In this document: positions 9,777-19,404 of the stretch, piece by piece
Layout: each line of letters begins with the position of its first letter
Numbering within the stretch: position 1 is the first letter of the stretch
Assembly: GCA_037441705.1 (NCBI GenBank)
Contig: JBBIRR010000016.1
Span: 10,904 to 74,903, forward strand
Source: Ignavibacteriales bacterium
Lineage (GTDB): Bacteria; Bacteroidota; Ignavibacteria; UBA10030; UBA6906
Reading direction: 5' to 3'
Length of the DNA stretch: 64,000 bases
Notes under the pieces: model-generated
The model's input: only the letters and a program-made list of their open reading frames with translations
Told to the model about the DNA's origin: nothing
Databases searched by the model: none
Program-made: the position numbers and the translations under genes

Positions 9777-10832
9777 TCACCGTGCAGCGCGCTCGACAAC
9801 GCGAAGCGAGCGATCCAGTTGCTGGCGTGTAAGCGCCTGATGGATGGGAAGCTCCAGCAACTGTTGTGAGAGGCCTTTTGTTCGTTTGAGCCTGTCGTCG
9901 AAAGGCGATTCGGGCCAGCCGGCGCCCGGAAGTGTGCCGTTGTCGAACAACTCTTGCCGCAGGCTATCCCGCTTTCCGTTCTTCACCAGGAAAGGGAAAC
10001 TGTAGGGGGTGCAGCCATCGGGCAATTCAGCGTGTAGCGGTTCGAACACATTCCCCGCTGGGAATCGGTCCTTCACATAATTGAAATTCTCCCGCCGCCT
10101 TTCCACGACTTTCTCCACGTCAACAAATTTCAACCGCCACTCGGTGAACGCGGAAAGCATCTTCACATGCAGGACCTGCCGCGGCATACTCCAGTCCATA
10201 TACCCAACGGGGTCAGGACGAACGAGATGCAGCGGGTCGGCACCGGCTGTGAGACGCACGTACACATACTTCGCACGCTGGCCAATGTACTTCTGTACCG
10301 AGAAACAGCTTCGCACACGCCACTCGTAGTTCGGTCGGAAATCGCCGTAAGGCTCGGCTAAGCGGAGCAATCCCCCTTCCGAATAGAGAAACATCTTCCG
10401 CATGCTGAACACCGCAAAATCACCGTACGTGCCGAGCAATTTTCCTTCGTGCCTAGCTCCAACGCTTAGCGCGCAGTCCTCGATGAGTAAGATATTCCTG
10501 CTTTGCGTCAGCTCGCGCATTTCGCGGAGGCAATAAGGAAAGCCGAAGTAGTGTACATGAAAAACCACGGCAGTCTTGTCGTCGATGAGGCGCTCCACCT
10601 CTCGCACATCAAACACACACTTGTCGAAAACTTCGTAAAACTTTACCTCGTAGCCCGCTGCGAGCGCTGTGCGGTAGAGTTTTGCCGGTAGATATGCAGG
10701 AAGGATGATATTGGGCGACGCAATATTCTTCCGGCGGGCGATGTACATCAGAACATCTTTCATCGCGTTGCTGGCATTGGCATACAGATACGAGGAGCCG
10801 CCGAGTGACTGCAGATACTGCTGGAAGGTCAT
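9777..10832 (-). CDS. DegT/DnrJ/EryC1/StrS-family PLP-dependent aminotransferase-like protein
   Basis: VHYFGF, LLIEDCA, FSMRK....EGG (PLP lysine) and C-terminal LELPIHQ. Confidence 0.8.
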   Translation of the reverse strand: MTFQQYLQSLGGSSYLYANASNAMKDVLMYIARRKNIASPNIILPAYLPAKLYRTALAAGYEVKFYEVFDKCVFDVREVERLIDDKTAVVFHVHYFGFPYCLREMRELTQSRNILLIEDCALSVGARHEGKLLGTYGDFAVFSMRKMFLYSEGGLLRLAEPYGDFRPNYEWRVRSCFSVQKYIGQRAKYVYVRLTAGADPLHLVRPDPVGYMDWSMPRQVLHVKMLSAFTEWRLKFVDVEKVVERRRENFNYVKDRFPAGNVFEPLHAELPDGCTPYSFPFLVKNGKRDSLRQELFDNGTLPGAGWPESPFDDRLKRTKGLSQQLLELPIHQALTRQQLDRSLRVVERAAR

Positions 10833-10861
10833 GGAGGACGCTGGTTGCGCAATGTGGATGA

Positions 10862-12184
10862 CTATTGGTGACCGTTGGCTTTGCCGTTAAACTTGGGACG
10901 AACGTTGGTCGCGCGCTCCGGGGCCTTTGCCTTCATCAGGCCGTCGGAGAGATTCTGCTTCAGCCGTCCGATAATATGCTTCGCCATGGCCTGCGAAAGC
11001 ACGCCGCGCTCTTTCGCCACGGTGCGGAGCAGCAGCCATTCCTTGCCACTGCGACGTCGCAGCGATCGGACGAGCAGGTCAAACTTGTGGCGCACTTCGG
11101 GCTTGAAGGAATGAGGGTTGTACATCAAGATCGTCCAGTTCGGAACATCCCGCGCATCAAGCTCATATTTGTACGGTTCGGTGCCGCGCATGAAGTCGCA
11201 TACCTTCTTTCCCATCTTGACGGCTTCCTCCATGCAGAACGCCGTCAGCACTCTGCCGGGCGAATACTTGAACACCTCGCTTCTGTTGGCATTGCCCGTC
11301 AGGTAAACGGCAAGATCATCCCTGAACACGAAGCAGTACAATGTAGCGGCGCGTTTGCCATTGGCGTTCATGAACGCGAGATACAACCAGCCGCGCTGCG
11401 CGAACAACTGCGCTACCTCACGATGGAAGCGGGCAATCCCTGAATCGGCAAAGACACCGCTGTGCCCGTCGTTCCGCCACTTCGCTTGATGTAGAAGGAT
11501 AAACTCCTCCATGCCGCGCGGCACGTCCTCCGGACGGGTCACGACTTCGTAAGTGACGGTGAAGTTCTTGTGGAGGTTTCTCTGACGCCGTCGGATCTCG
11601 CGCCTGTTGTCGATTTTGAATGAGGCGAGTGTTTCTTCCCATGTCTCCTTCAGCAGCGTCCGCGGACAATACTCGCTGATGAAGTGTTTGCCCTGAAAAC
11701 CTTGCTGCTGCAACGCATCATACAGCACGTGATGGTTCGGCAGCCGATCCGTACATTCCTGAAGGTCAATCACATCAAAGAGGTCGGGATGCTGTGCCAG
11801 ATGTGCGGCTACTGCCCGGGCACATTCTTCTTCTCTTCCGCGCTCAAAGAGGACGTCGAGGTAATCGGACGGACCGGTGCCGAGAAATGCCAGACGTTTG
11901 TACGGCACAATACCAACCGCACGAATGCGTTCGACATAAAACGGCGCAATGCCTACAGGCCTCTCGCCTTCGTGCAGCACGACCAGATGAAGTGCAGCAG
12001 CCGGATTCGTCTCGCCAAAGTGTTTCCACCAGGTCCGCTGCCACTCATACGATTGGAATACCGAGGCATCGGCACGCTCCAGTACCATATTCCACGTCGG
12101 CTCGAGAGCATCGAATGCCGTCGGCTCACTTACGACGGTGAGCCTCAGCGTCGTTGGAGATATCGCTTCGTGAAGTGTTTGCAT
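10862..12184 (-). CDS. GNAT acetyltransferase, CelD/BcsL (Acetyltransf_6) type
   Basis: FQSYEWQRTWW, GIAPF, SDYLD, YSPGRVL and DFMRGTEPYK. SD AGAGGGG before MQTL. Confidence 0.85.
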   Translation of the reverse strand: MQTLHEAISPTTLRLTVVSEPTAFDALEPTWNMVLERADASVFQSYEWQRTWWKHFGETNPAAALHLVVLHEGERPVGIAPFYVERIRAVGIVPYKRLAFLGTGPSDYLDVLFERGREEECARAVAAHLAQHPDLFDVIDLQECTDRLPNHHVLYDALQQQGFQGKHFISEYCPRTLLKETWEETLASFKIDNRREIRRRQRNLHKNFTVTYEVVTRPEDVPRGMEEFILLHQAKWRNDGHSGVFADSGIARFHREVAQLFAQRGWLYLAFMNANGKRAATLYCFVFRDDLAVYLTGNANRSEVFKYSPGRVLTAFCMEEAVKMGKKVCDFMRGTEPYKYELDARDVPNWTILMYNPHSFKPEVRHKFDLLVRSLRRRSGKEWLLLRTVAKERGVLSQAMAKHIIGRLKQNLSDGLMKAKAPERATNVRPKFNGKANGHQ

Positions 12185-12204
12185 GTTCCCCTCTGTCGGC
12201 GCGA

Positions 12205-12993
12205 TCATACCCGGCCGTTGACCGGCAGTTCGTCTTGAAACCTGTTCCGTCTGCCGAACAACTTCTTGGTCACCCCGACCATCCACATGAAGGCTTTTTT
12301 TCCACCCGAAAGTATCCATCGCATGTACATCGGGTCGGCATTGTCAAGAACAATCATGCGCCGAATTTCATAGAGATCGGCATAGAAATCCAGCGGACCG
12401 GAATGTGTGGCGAACGCGCAGTCGTACCCCGCATCACGCACAGCCTGCTTGACTCGCTGGTCCACATCCCCGTATGGATACACCAATGCTTCTGCACGTT
12501 TCCCGACGATTTCCTCAACCGCTTCCTTCGACCGCACAAGTTCGATGGTCAGTTCCTCATTGTCCAGGTGCGGCAGGGACTTGTGCCGATACGAGTGTGA
12601 GGCAAATTCGATCCCATAATCGGCCATCTCGCGAATGTGGTGCCGTTCCATCAACGACGTGGGAGCGATCCCTTTTCGTTGATCCCATTCGTTGGTGCGA
12701 ACGGATGGGTCCGCCACAAGCGATATGAGCGCCGTGAATCCAAACTCTTGCAGTATCGGAAAAGCAATCTGATAATTATTCAAATAACCGTCATCGAACG
12801 TCAGGAGAACGGGCTTGTGACTCGCGTCCGTGGTACCACGCACCAGGTCCCCAATGCGCGGCGTCGAGAATCCATGATCTGCCATGTACTGCAACTGGCG
12901 ACGAAACGTTGACGCGCTGACGATGAACTCCGACGGTCCAAACGTCCCGTCCTCGCATATCTGATGATACATCAAGACCGGTATAACTTTCAT
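12205..12993 (-). CDS. Polysaccharide deacetylase (CE4/NodB, IcaB-like)
   Basis: PVLMYH, LTFDDGY, SHSYRH and YPYG. SD AAGGGGG. Confidence 0.9.
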   Translation of the reverse strand: MKVIPVLMYHQICEDGTFGPSEFIVSASTFRRQLQYMADHGFSTPRIGDLVRGTTDASHKPVLLTFDDGYLNNYQIAFPILQEFGFTALISLVADPSVRTNEWDQRKGIAPTSLMERHHIREMADYGIEFASHSYRHKSLPHLDNEELTIELVRSKEAVEEIVGKRAEALVYPYGDVDQRVKQAVRDAGYDCAFATHSGPLDFYADLYEIRRMIVLDNADPMYMRWILSGGKKAFMWMVGVTKKLFGRRNRFQDELPVNGRV

Positions 12994-13212
12994 TCGATCC
13001 CCCTTTTCTGGATTTGTGGTACGAGCAGAGTCAGGCTGCCTTCCGAACCGCGCGAGCGACTCGAACGACGGACGTGTGCCCTGTATGGGGGAATCAAATC
13101 TCCTATGCTCGAAGAATGCGGAGCCGGTTGGGGCTGCATTCGGGCCCGAGCACATAGAACACTACACGTAGTGGCCGCTGGATGCAAGGGGAAGACCAAT
13201 GTTGTGCATCCT

Positions 13213-14361
13213 TTACTGGGATACTGCCACCGGCGCCCCAGTCTTCATCATCATAATAAAATTGCTGAACAAATAGTCGCTATCATGTGGACCGGGGGAG
13301 GCTTCCGGGTGGTATTGTACCGAAAAGATGGGCAGGTGTTTATGCCGAAATCCTTCGTTTGTTCCGTCATTAAGATTCACATGGGTTACTTCCAGGGTCG
13401 CACTATCTAACGTTGCAGGATCCACCGCAAAGCCGTGGTTCTGCGATGTGATCTCGATTTTCTGCGTGAGAAGATTCTTGACAGGATGGTTGCCGCCGCG
13501 ATGACCGAACTTGAGTTTGAACGTCCGCGCGTTAAACGCAAGCGCAAGAAGTTGGTGCCCAAGACAAATGCCGAAGATCGGCGTCTTGCCGATGAGGCGC
13601 TTGAGATTCTCGATGGCCGTCCTGACTGCCGCCGGATCACCGGGTCCGTTGGATACAAAAACGCCATCCGGTTGCAGGGCAAGGACTTCATCGGCGGGAT
13701 ACAACGCCGGCACCACCGTCACGTCGCATCCATAGCTGGTCAGCCGTCGCATGATGTTCTGCTTGATGCCGCAGTCATATGCTACCACTTTGTAGCGCTT
13801 TCCATTGGTCGCCCCGTTGACCAACGGCTTGAGCATGAACGGCGTTTTGTCCACATCATCCCACTTGTACGGCTCTTTGCAGGAGACGACATGCGTTAGG
13901 TCGAGACCGAGCATCTCAGGCGCTCCGCGGACCTTCATGAGCAGCCGATCATCATCCAGATCCAGAGTCGAAAGAATGCCTCGCATGGCTCCTTCTGTGC
14001 GAAGCATTTTGGTGATCATGCGTGTATCGAGGCCCTGCACGGCAACGATGTTGTGACGCTTCAGCCATGCGCCGAGGCTTTCCGTAGCCCTGAAGTTGCT
14101 GGGGAAGTCGAGGTACTCGCGCACGATCACACCAGCCACTTGGGGTCTGGACGACTCGACATCGTCGCCGTTGATCCCATAGTTCCCAATGAGGGGATAC
14201 GTCATGGTCACGATCTGGCCGGCGTAGGAAGGGTCGGTGAAGATTTCCTGATATCCGGAGAGACTGGTGTTGAAGACAACCTCGCCTGCTGTCTCACCTT
14301 CTGCTCCGAAGGATTCGCCGGTGAGGACAACACCGTTTTCGAACGCGAGCTTTGCTTTCAT
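13213..14361 (-). CDS. carA: Carbamoyl-phosphate synthase small subunit
   Basis: GEVVFNT, TDPSY.GQ, SNGPGDP, GICLGHQ and [12 protein letters not shown]. Confidence 0.97.
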   Translation of the reverse strand: MKAKLAFENGVVLTGESFGAEGETAGEVVFNTSLSGYQEIFTDPSYAGQIVTMTYPLIGNYGINGDDVESSRPQVAGVIVREYLDFPSNFRATESLGAWLKRHNIVAVQGLDTRMITKMLRTEGAMRGILSTLDLDDDRLLMKVRGAPEMLGLDLTHVVSCKEPYKWDDVDKTPFMLKPLVNGATNGKRYKVVAYDCGIKQNIMRRLTSYGCDVTVVPALYPADEVLALQPDGVFVSNGPGDPAAVRTAIENLKRLIGKTPIFGICLGHQLLALAFNARTFKLKFGHRGGNHPVKNLLTQKIEITSQNHGFAVDPATLDSATLEVTHVNLNDGTNEGFRHKHLPIFSVQYHPEASPGPHDSDYLFSNFIMMMKTGAPVAVSQ

Positions 14362-14369
14362 GGTGGCTC

Positions 14370-14398
14370 AATATAGCAAAGTCACATCACGGATACAA
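14370..14398 (-). promoter_or_regulatory. Sigma70-type promoter, probably giving a leaderless carA mRNA
   Basis: TTGTAT-17-TATATT; the -10 ends 8 nt before the ATG and there is no SD. Confidence 0.55.
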
Positions 14399-14459
14399 GA
14401 ATGTTCATCACATCGGGCAGACTCTCGGCCAGAAGACGGATGCTCTGGAAATACCTGAA

Positions 14460-15515
14460 TTATCGCCGAAATCCGAAGACCGCCGGTCCAAGCTGCGCCG
14501 TAAAGGTTTTGCGTAACGCGCCTGCGTTTGTATAAATCTTCACATTACCATCACCGGCAAATTCTCGCACATCGGAAACATACACTTCACGCGCAACGTC
14601 GTCATACCCAAGCCCGTAAAATGTGCCGCTGATGAAGTTCAGCGTGACCGCCTTTGACCCGGCAGCGATGCGATGCACAGGCCCGCCAAAGAAACTTCCC
14701 CGCGTGACGCCGAGCAGGTAGGCATATCCATCGGAGGCGATAAGGATTGATCCCCAAAGATTCTCACTAAAGGAAACAGAGTCGACTTTTGCGAGTGACG
14801 AAGGATCCAGAATGAAAACCTTTCCGCCGATGGTCGCACTCCCCGAGCAGGCAACCCATACCTTCCCGTCTGCGGCCACGGCGGCTCCCGTGGGCCCGTG
14901 GGAAAGCGCGATCGTCCCGAGCGGCTGCAGCGTTGTCGCATCCACAACCGTCACGGTGCTATCGCTCCCATAGCCGGAGTTGCAAATAAACACCCGGTTC
15001 CCGCTCAGGGCCATCCCCTGCGGGTTCGCGCCGACAGCAATCGAGTCTATCAGCGCCAACGAATTCAGGTTCAGCACGTAGACCGAATTGCTGAACAGCC
15101 GGGTCACATACAAGCGGCTCCTCACCGAATCAATAAGCAGGTCGTGCACCGCCGAACCCGGAAATGTCACCTCCAATTCTTTTCGGTGGGTCGCAAGATT
15201 CATGACAATGAGGTTCCGTGAACCGCTCATCACGATGTATGCTTTGCCGTTGTAGAACTTCATGTCATCGCCGAGGCTGCCGAGCGAGGAGCCCCCGTTC
15301 GCCGCTTCGTACACATTGCGATACACCGTGTCTCGTTCGACATCATATACCGTAAGTCGAGCGCCCGTCGGATCGTTGAAATTTCCCTCGTTCAATACGT
15401 AGACCGCCTTCACCACGGGCGGCACAATAAGACCGTCGGGAGGAGTTGATGGATCGTTCTTACACCCCATCACTCCGAACAGCATCGCGGTGAGAATCAA
15501 TACACGGTGTTTCAT
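14460..15515 (-). CDS. YncE/BtuG-like beta-propeller lipoprotein (cobalamin capture)
   Basis: Lipobox VMGC, VYVLNEGNF, YVTR/YVS propeller blades; directly downstream of the B12-regulated TonB receptor; SD GGAGG. Confidence 0.8.
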   Translation of the reverse strand: MKHRVLILTAMLFGVMGCKNDPSTPPDGLIVPPVVKAVYVLNEGNFNDPTGARLTVYDVERDTVYRNVYEAANGGSSLGSLGDDMKFYNGKAYIVMSGSRNLIVMNLATHRKELEVTFPGSAVHDLLIDSVRSRLYVTRLFSNSVYVLNLNSLALIDSIAVGANPQGMALSGNRVFICNSGYGSDSTVTVVDATTLQPLGTIALSHGPTGAAVAADGKVWVACSGSATIGGKVFILDPSSLAKVDSVSFSENLWGSILIASDGYAYLLGVTRGSFFGGPVHRIAAGSKAVTLNFISGTFYGLGYDDVAREVYVSDVREFAGDGNVKIYTNAGALRKTFTAQLGPAVFGFRR

Positions 15516-15544
15516 GGTACCTCCTGAAAGATGTTGAGAGATGA

Positions 15545-17608
15545 TCATAACTCGACTCCCAGCGTGGCGCGATATGACCGCAACGGCATCGGATATGCAG
15601 GCACACTCTGGTAGTCGTTGTTCAACAGATTGTTCACTTCCACTCGAAGCAGCAACGAAACATCCGTTATGCGCATTCGGACATTGAGGTTTGCGTCTGC
15701 AATTGTGTAGGAAGGAAGAAAACTACGATTGTCCTCGCTCGTGAACCGGAACCCGACATACGATGCAGCCACCGCTGCCTCGAGCTCTCGAACGAACGAT
15801 CCTTCGAACTCATGCCGGAAAGCAATGCTATAGTGGGCTTGCTCTTGCGGTACGTAGATGAGATAGGCGTTCGCATTTGGATCGCCGGGTGAATCTGGCT
15901 GCGTCTTGCGCGCTGCGAGCGATGTGTAGCTCATTCCAAAAGTCAAGCGTTCATCGAGCGTCGTCCATTTGTACGCCACCTCAACGCCCCTGGAGCGAAC
16001 GCTACGCAGATTCTTCGGCATGACGGTAAAGCTGCCCGCGGGAACCCACACAATTCGATTCCTCATAGCAATATCGAAGTACGTGCACTGAAGATGATGT
16101 GTTCCGGCAAGAGAAAGCCTCACATCCATGCCGACGTCAATGCTCGTCGAACGCTCGGGTTGCAGATGCGGATTGCCGATACCGCCACCGCCTGCATAGA
16201 ACAATTCGTTGAACGTCGGCGCCCGGAAATTCCTGCTGACGCTGGCACGAAGGCTCATCTGGATCACTCCGCCCACTTCCTGGAATGAAATCACGGTTCC
16301 AAGCTGCGGACTCCAGCTTGTGATAATCTCCCCTTCCGTCCTGACTGCATCATATCTGAGTGCAGGATAGAGGAGCATGTTCCGCACGATTGGGCCTTCT
16401 GTCCCAACCTGCTGCTGCAGGGCGGCGTACCCTGCGTAGGATATGCGGCGCACATCCGACCCCAGAAAGTTGCCGACGCCTGTTGTTCGCGAAAACTCAC
16501 TGCCCAGCGCTATGCGCGTCCTGTCGCTCAGGGCGAAATCCATCGTCGGCTCGAGACGAACATCGGTTGTCTTGTAGAAGTTGTCTAACGGCGTCCCCCC
16601 CACAAGAAAGGCCCTGTCCTCGTACCGCTGATAGGAGTGATGAAATTGAAATCCAATACGGTAGTGGAATCGCGGCGCATCGTCCGAAGGCGGAGAGCGG
16701 AACGCAGCCTGCAGGAGATGATCCTCATCCTTTTGGCGCGCAACGCTGAAGCTTGCCGGACCGACAACCGGTCCGCCCACCCCGCGTTCGGCGCTGAACG
16801 TCCTGCCGCACACCCACAACTGCACGGCATCATTCACGAGGAAGTCGGACTGGACGGTGGCGAGGCGACTCCTGAAGTCGGCGTTCTGTCGGGTAAGCTC
16901 GATCTGCTCACTTCCGTTCCGGAAGAGGAACGGGAAATTTTCATCCCCCTTCTCTTCCCGAAACGCTGCGCGAACACCGACACCGTCCGTCACCTCACCG
17001 CTGCCGGAAACCCAATACCTCCGATAGCCGAACGAACCGATATCGCTTGCAGCACGAACACTCAACTCACGCGTTACGGGACTCAACACAGCATTGACCA
17101 CACCTGCAACTGCATCGGCACCAAAGCTTGCGGACTGACCGCCGCGCACAACCTCCAGCCGGTCAAGCTCATCGGCGGCAATCAGACCGAGATCGACGAG
17201 GCCGTTTTGCACATTGCTCACGCGCATTCCGTTTATGAGCACGACAGTATGCTCGGCGCCCAATCCGCGCTGAGCAATCGTTTTCAATCCCGACCATCCG
17301 CCATAGTCTTTGACAAACAGGCCGGGAAGCGGACCGAGTAGATCGGCCAGCGACACGGCGTTCATTTGACCTAACTCGGCCTTGCTCAGAACCGTAACGG
17401 GTGATGCTGAGAGCGCGGCAGTTTGAGGCAGCCGTGTTGCTGTGACAAGAATCTCCTGCAGAGAATACGCCCGCATCGCTGCCGAATCCGGACCGTCGGC
17501 CGTTTCAACGCGCGAAGAGTCGCCGCACCACGAAGGCACCTCGTGGGCGTACGCCGCAAACGATAGCATGACGAGCAGAGCGAGATATGTGCGATAGAGA
17601 GTAAGCAA
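15545..17608 (-). CDS. btuB: TonB-dependent receptor, BtuB-like vitamin B12 transporter
   Basis: TonB-box/plug region EILVTATR, RLEVVRGG.SA.FGADAVAGVVN, FRAPTFNEL and NNLLN. Controlled by a cobalamin riboswitch. Start uncertain: TTG 17608 chosen because upstream starts overlap the attenuator. Confidence 0.85.
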   Translation of the reverse strand: MLTLYRTYLALLVMLSFAAYAHEVPSWCGDSSRVETADGPDSAAMRAYSLQEILVTATRLPQTAALSASPVTVLSKAELGQMNAVSLADLLGPLPGLFVKDYGGWSGLKTIAQRGLGAEHTVVLINGMRVSNVQNGLVDLGLIAADELDRLEVVRGGQSASFGADAVAGVVNAVLSPVTRELSVRAASDIGSFGYRRYWVSGSGEVTDGVGVRAAFREEKGDENFPFLFRNGSEQIELTRQNADFRSRLATVQSDFLVNDAVQLWVCGRTFSAERGVGGPVVGPASFSVARQKDEDHLLQAAFRSPPSDDAPRFHYRIGFQFHHSYQRYEDRAFLVGGTPLDNFYKTTDVRLEPTMDFALSDRTRIALGSEFSRTTGVGNFLGSDVRRISYAGYAALQQQVGTEGPIVRNMLLYPALRYDAVRTEGEIITSWSPQLGTVISFQEVGGVIQMSLRASVSRNFRAPTFNELFYAGGGGIGNPHLQPERSTSIDVGMDVRLSLAGTHHLQCTYFDIAMRNRIVWVPAGSFTVMPKNLRSVRSRGVEVAYKWTTLDERLTFGMSYTSLAARKTQPDSPGDPNANAYLIYVPQEQAHYSIAFRHEFEGSFVRELEAAVAASYVGFRFTSEDNRSFLPSYTIADANLNVRMRITDVSLLLRVEVNNLLNNDYQSVPAYPMPLRSYRATLGVEL

Positions 17609-17609
17609 C

Positions 17610-17641
17610 AAAAAACCCCGTCTTTCGCGGGAAAGACGGGG
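17610..17641 (-). terminator. Intrinsic terminator (riboswitch expression platform)
   Basis: Minus strand CCCCGTCTTTC-ccgc-GAAAGACGGGG followed by TTTTTT, between the B12 element and btuB. Confidence 0.85.
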
Positions 17642-17699
17642 CATGCACACTCTGGAGTGATGATCCGTTCTCTTCCCGCGAAGAGTTGTTAGGACTTAG

Positions 17700-17895
17700 A
17701 CTTTGGCAGGTCTCCTGGCTTACGGCCGGTTGTTGCATTGCCTGCCTTCCCACTGCGATTGACGCGCAGCAGTGGCAGACAAACGTGTGCCGATTACAGT
17801 TGCGGGGCAGCTTCCGCTTTGTCCGCTCGAAGCAGACGCACGGAATTCCCTCTTGCAGTCCGTCCCGACTTCTCGAGACGAACACCAAAGCCTGG
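17700..17895 (-). ncRNA. Cobalamin (B12) riboswitch
   Basis: The minus strand carries AAGAGGGAA, GCTGCCCCGCAACTGTAA, GCCACTG, GGGAAGGC and the B12 box AGCCAGGAGACCTGCC in canonical order. Confidence 0.95.
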
Positions 17896-17923
17896 TATGA
17901 GAAAGAGCAAAACGCTGGACACA

Positions 17924-17996
17924 ATATATCTTATTGATGAGGCGAAGTCAAGCCCCAACATTTTCTTTGTCATTTTTCTTTGAATGGTTTATATTA
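17924..17996. promoter_or_regulatory. Divergent sigma70 promoters (btuB leftward, deoC rightward)
   Basis: Minus strand TTGACT-17-TATATT; plus strand TTGTCA-17-TATATT. Confidence 0.6.
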
Positions 17997-18060
17997 GGTC
18001 AGTCTCGCCCGCAGCATAGCGCTTGAACCACCAACGCGTACATCGAAACGGTATTCATGC

Positions 18061-18951
18061 ATGACCCGCGAAACGGTTGACCGCATCATCAATGAGATCC
18101 TTCAGGAAAAACTGAAGTCCCACGCAGGGCATCTTTGCTGTAAGGATGGCGTCTGTTCGGATAACCTCTGTGTCGTTCACAACAAGGAGGGTGTTCGCGC
18201 TATTGTGAATGGCGGTGCCGAGCGCATCACCGCCGGCATCGGCATCGAGAAGGCAGGAGGCATCGAGCCGGACCTTGCACGCCTGATCGACCACACGCTG
18301 CTGAAACCGGAAGCGACGATGAGCGACATCGAAAAGCTGTGCGATGAGGCGCGTAAGTACGGCTTCGCAAGCGTCTGCATCAACCCCAGCTATGTGCCGC
18401 TGTGCGCAAAACTTCTGCGCGGCACAGGCGTCAAGGTCTGTACGGTCATCGGCTTCCCTCTCGGCGCTACGCTTACGGCAGTCAAGGCATTTGAGACCGA
18501 GCATGTCATCCGCGACGGCGCTCAGGAGGTGGACATGGTGATCAACGTCGGCATGCTGAAATCCGGCCAGTACGAGTTCGTCGAAAACGACATCTTCGCT
18601 GTTGTGAGTACAGCCCGACGCTACCGCGTTCTCACGAAGGTTATCCTCGAAACCGGTTTGTTGACGGACGAGGAGAAGGTAAAGGCATGCATCCTTGCGA
18701 AGCGCGCGGGCGCCGACTTCGTGAAGACGTCCACCGGATTCGGCAAAGGAGGCGCCACCGTTGGCGATATTGCTTTAATGCGAAGAGTAGTTGGATCGGC
18801 CATGGGCGTCAAGGCTTCGGGAGGCGTCCGCACACGCGAAGATGCGCTTGCCATGGTGGCACATGGTGCCGACCGTATCGGGGCAAGTGCAAGCGTCAAG
18901 ATCGTAAGTCCCGAGCCGAACTTAGAACCTGCAACCGCGAAGGGTTACTGA
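18061..18951 (+). CDS. deoC: Deoxyribose-phosphate aldolase with an ~70-aa N-terminal extension
   Basis: [42 protein letters not shown] and GADRIG. Confidence 0.95.
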   Translation: MTRETVDRIINEILQEKLKSHAGHLCCKDGVCSDNLCVVHNKEGVRAIVNGGAERITAGIGIEKAGGIEPDLARLIDHTLLKPEATMSDIEKLCDEARKYGFASVCINPSYVPLCAKLLRGTGVKVCTVIGFPLGATLTAVKAFETEHVIRDGAQEVDMVINVGMLKSGQYEFVENDIFAVVSTARRYRVLTKVILETGLLTDEEKVKACILAKRAGADFVKTSTGFGKGGATVGDIALMRRVVGSAMGVKASGGVRTREDALAMVAHGADRIGASASVKIVSPEPNLEPATAKGY

Positions 18952-18954
18952 CCG

Positions 18955-19404
18955 ATGCGAGGGGTTCTTCTCTTCATCGGCCTCCTTGCGGTAGGTGGAT
19001 GCGGTACTTCCACCGAAAGCGACAGGCGATGGCTGCAGTTGCCGGCCGATTCTGCCGCCCGTCCTCCGGAGCCGGGATTCGAAACACGTACCGACACCGT
19101 TGCGGCACAGCAGCAAAAAGAATCGGCGGGTCTCGGAACGTCCCAGAAGGTGACAGGAGCGCGCTACGCAGTGCAGATAGGATCGTTCCGAGTCCAGCGC
19201 AATGCAATTAGAACGCTTGCACAAGCGCGACAGCGGTTTCAGCAACCGGTGGTGAACGACTACAACAGTGCCCGCCGGCGCTACCAGATACGCATTGGGT
19301 TCTTCCTCACGCGTGAAGAGGCGGAAGTTTTCCGCGCTAAGATCATCAACGAATTTCCACAGGAATACGGAGACGCATGGGTCGTACGCATTCCATCGCG
19401 ATAG
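18955..19404 (+). CDS. SPOR-domain lipoprotein
   Basis: Lipobox VGGC; YAVQIGSF ... YQIRIGFF.TREEAE ... DAWVV. Confidence 0.85.
   Translation: MRGVLLFIGLLAVGGCGTSTESDRRWLQLPADSAARPPEPGFETRTDTVAAQQQKESAGLGTSQKVTGARYAVQIGSFRVQRNAIRTLAQARQRFQQPVVNDYNSARRRYQIRIGFFLTREEAEVFRAKIINEFPQEYGDAWVVRIPSR

Noticed and set aside
17609-17650. btuB N-terminal extension MCMPRLSRERRGF
   Set aside because: It is a translation of the riboswitch terminator hairpin and unlikely to be coding.
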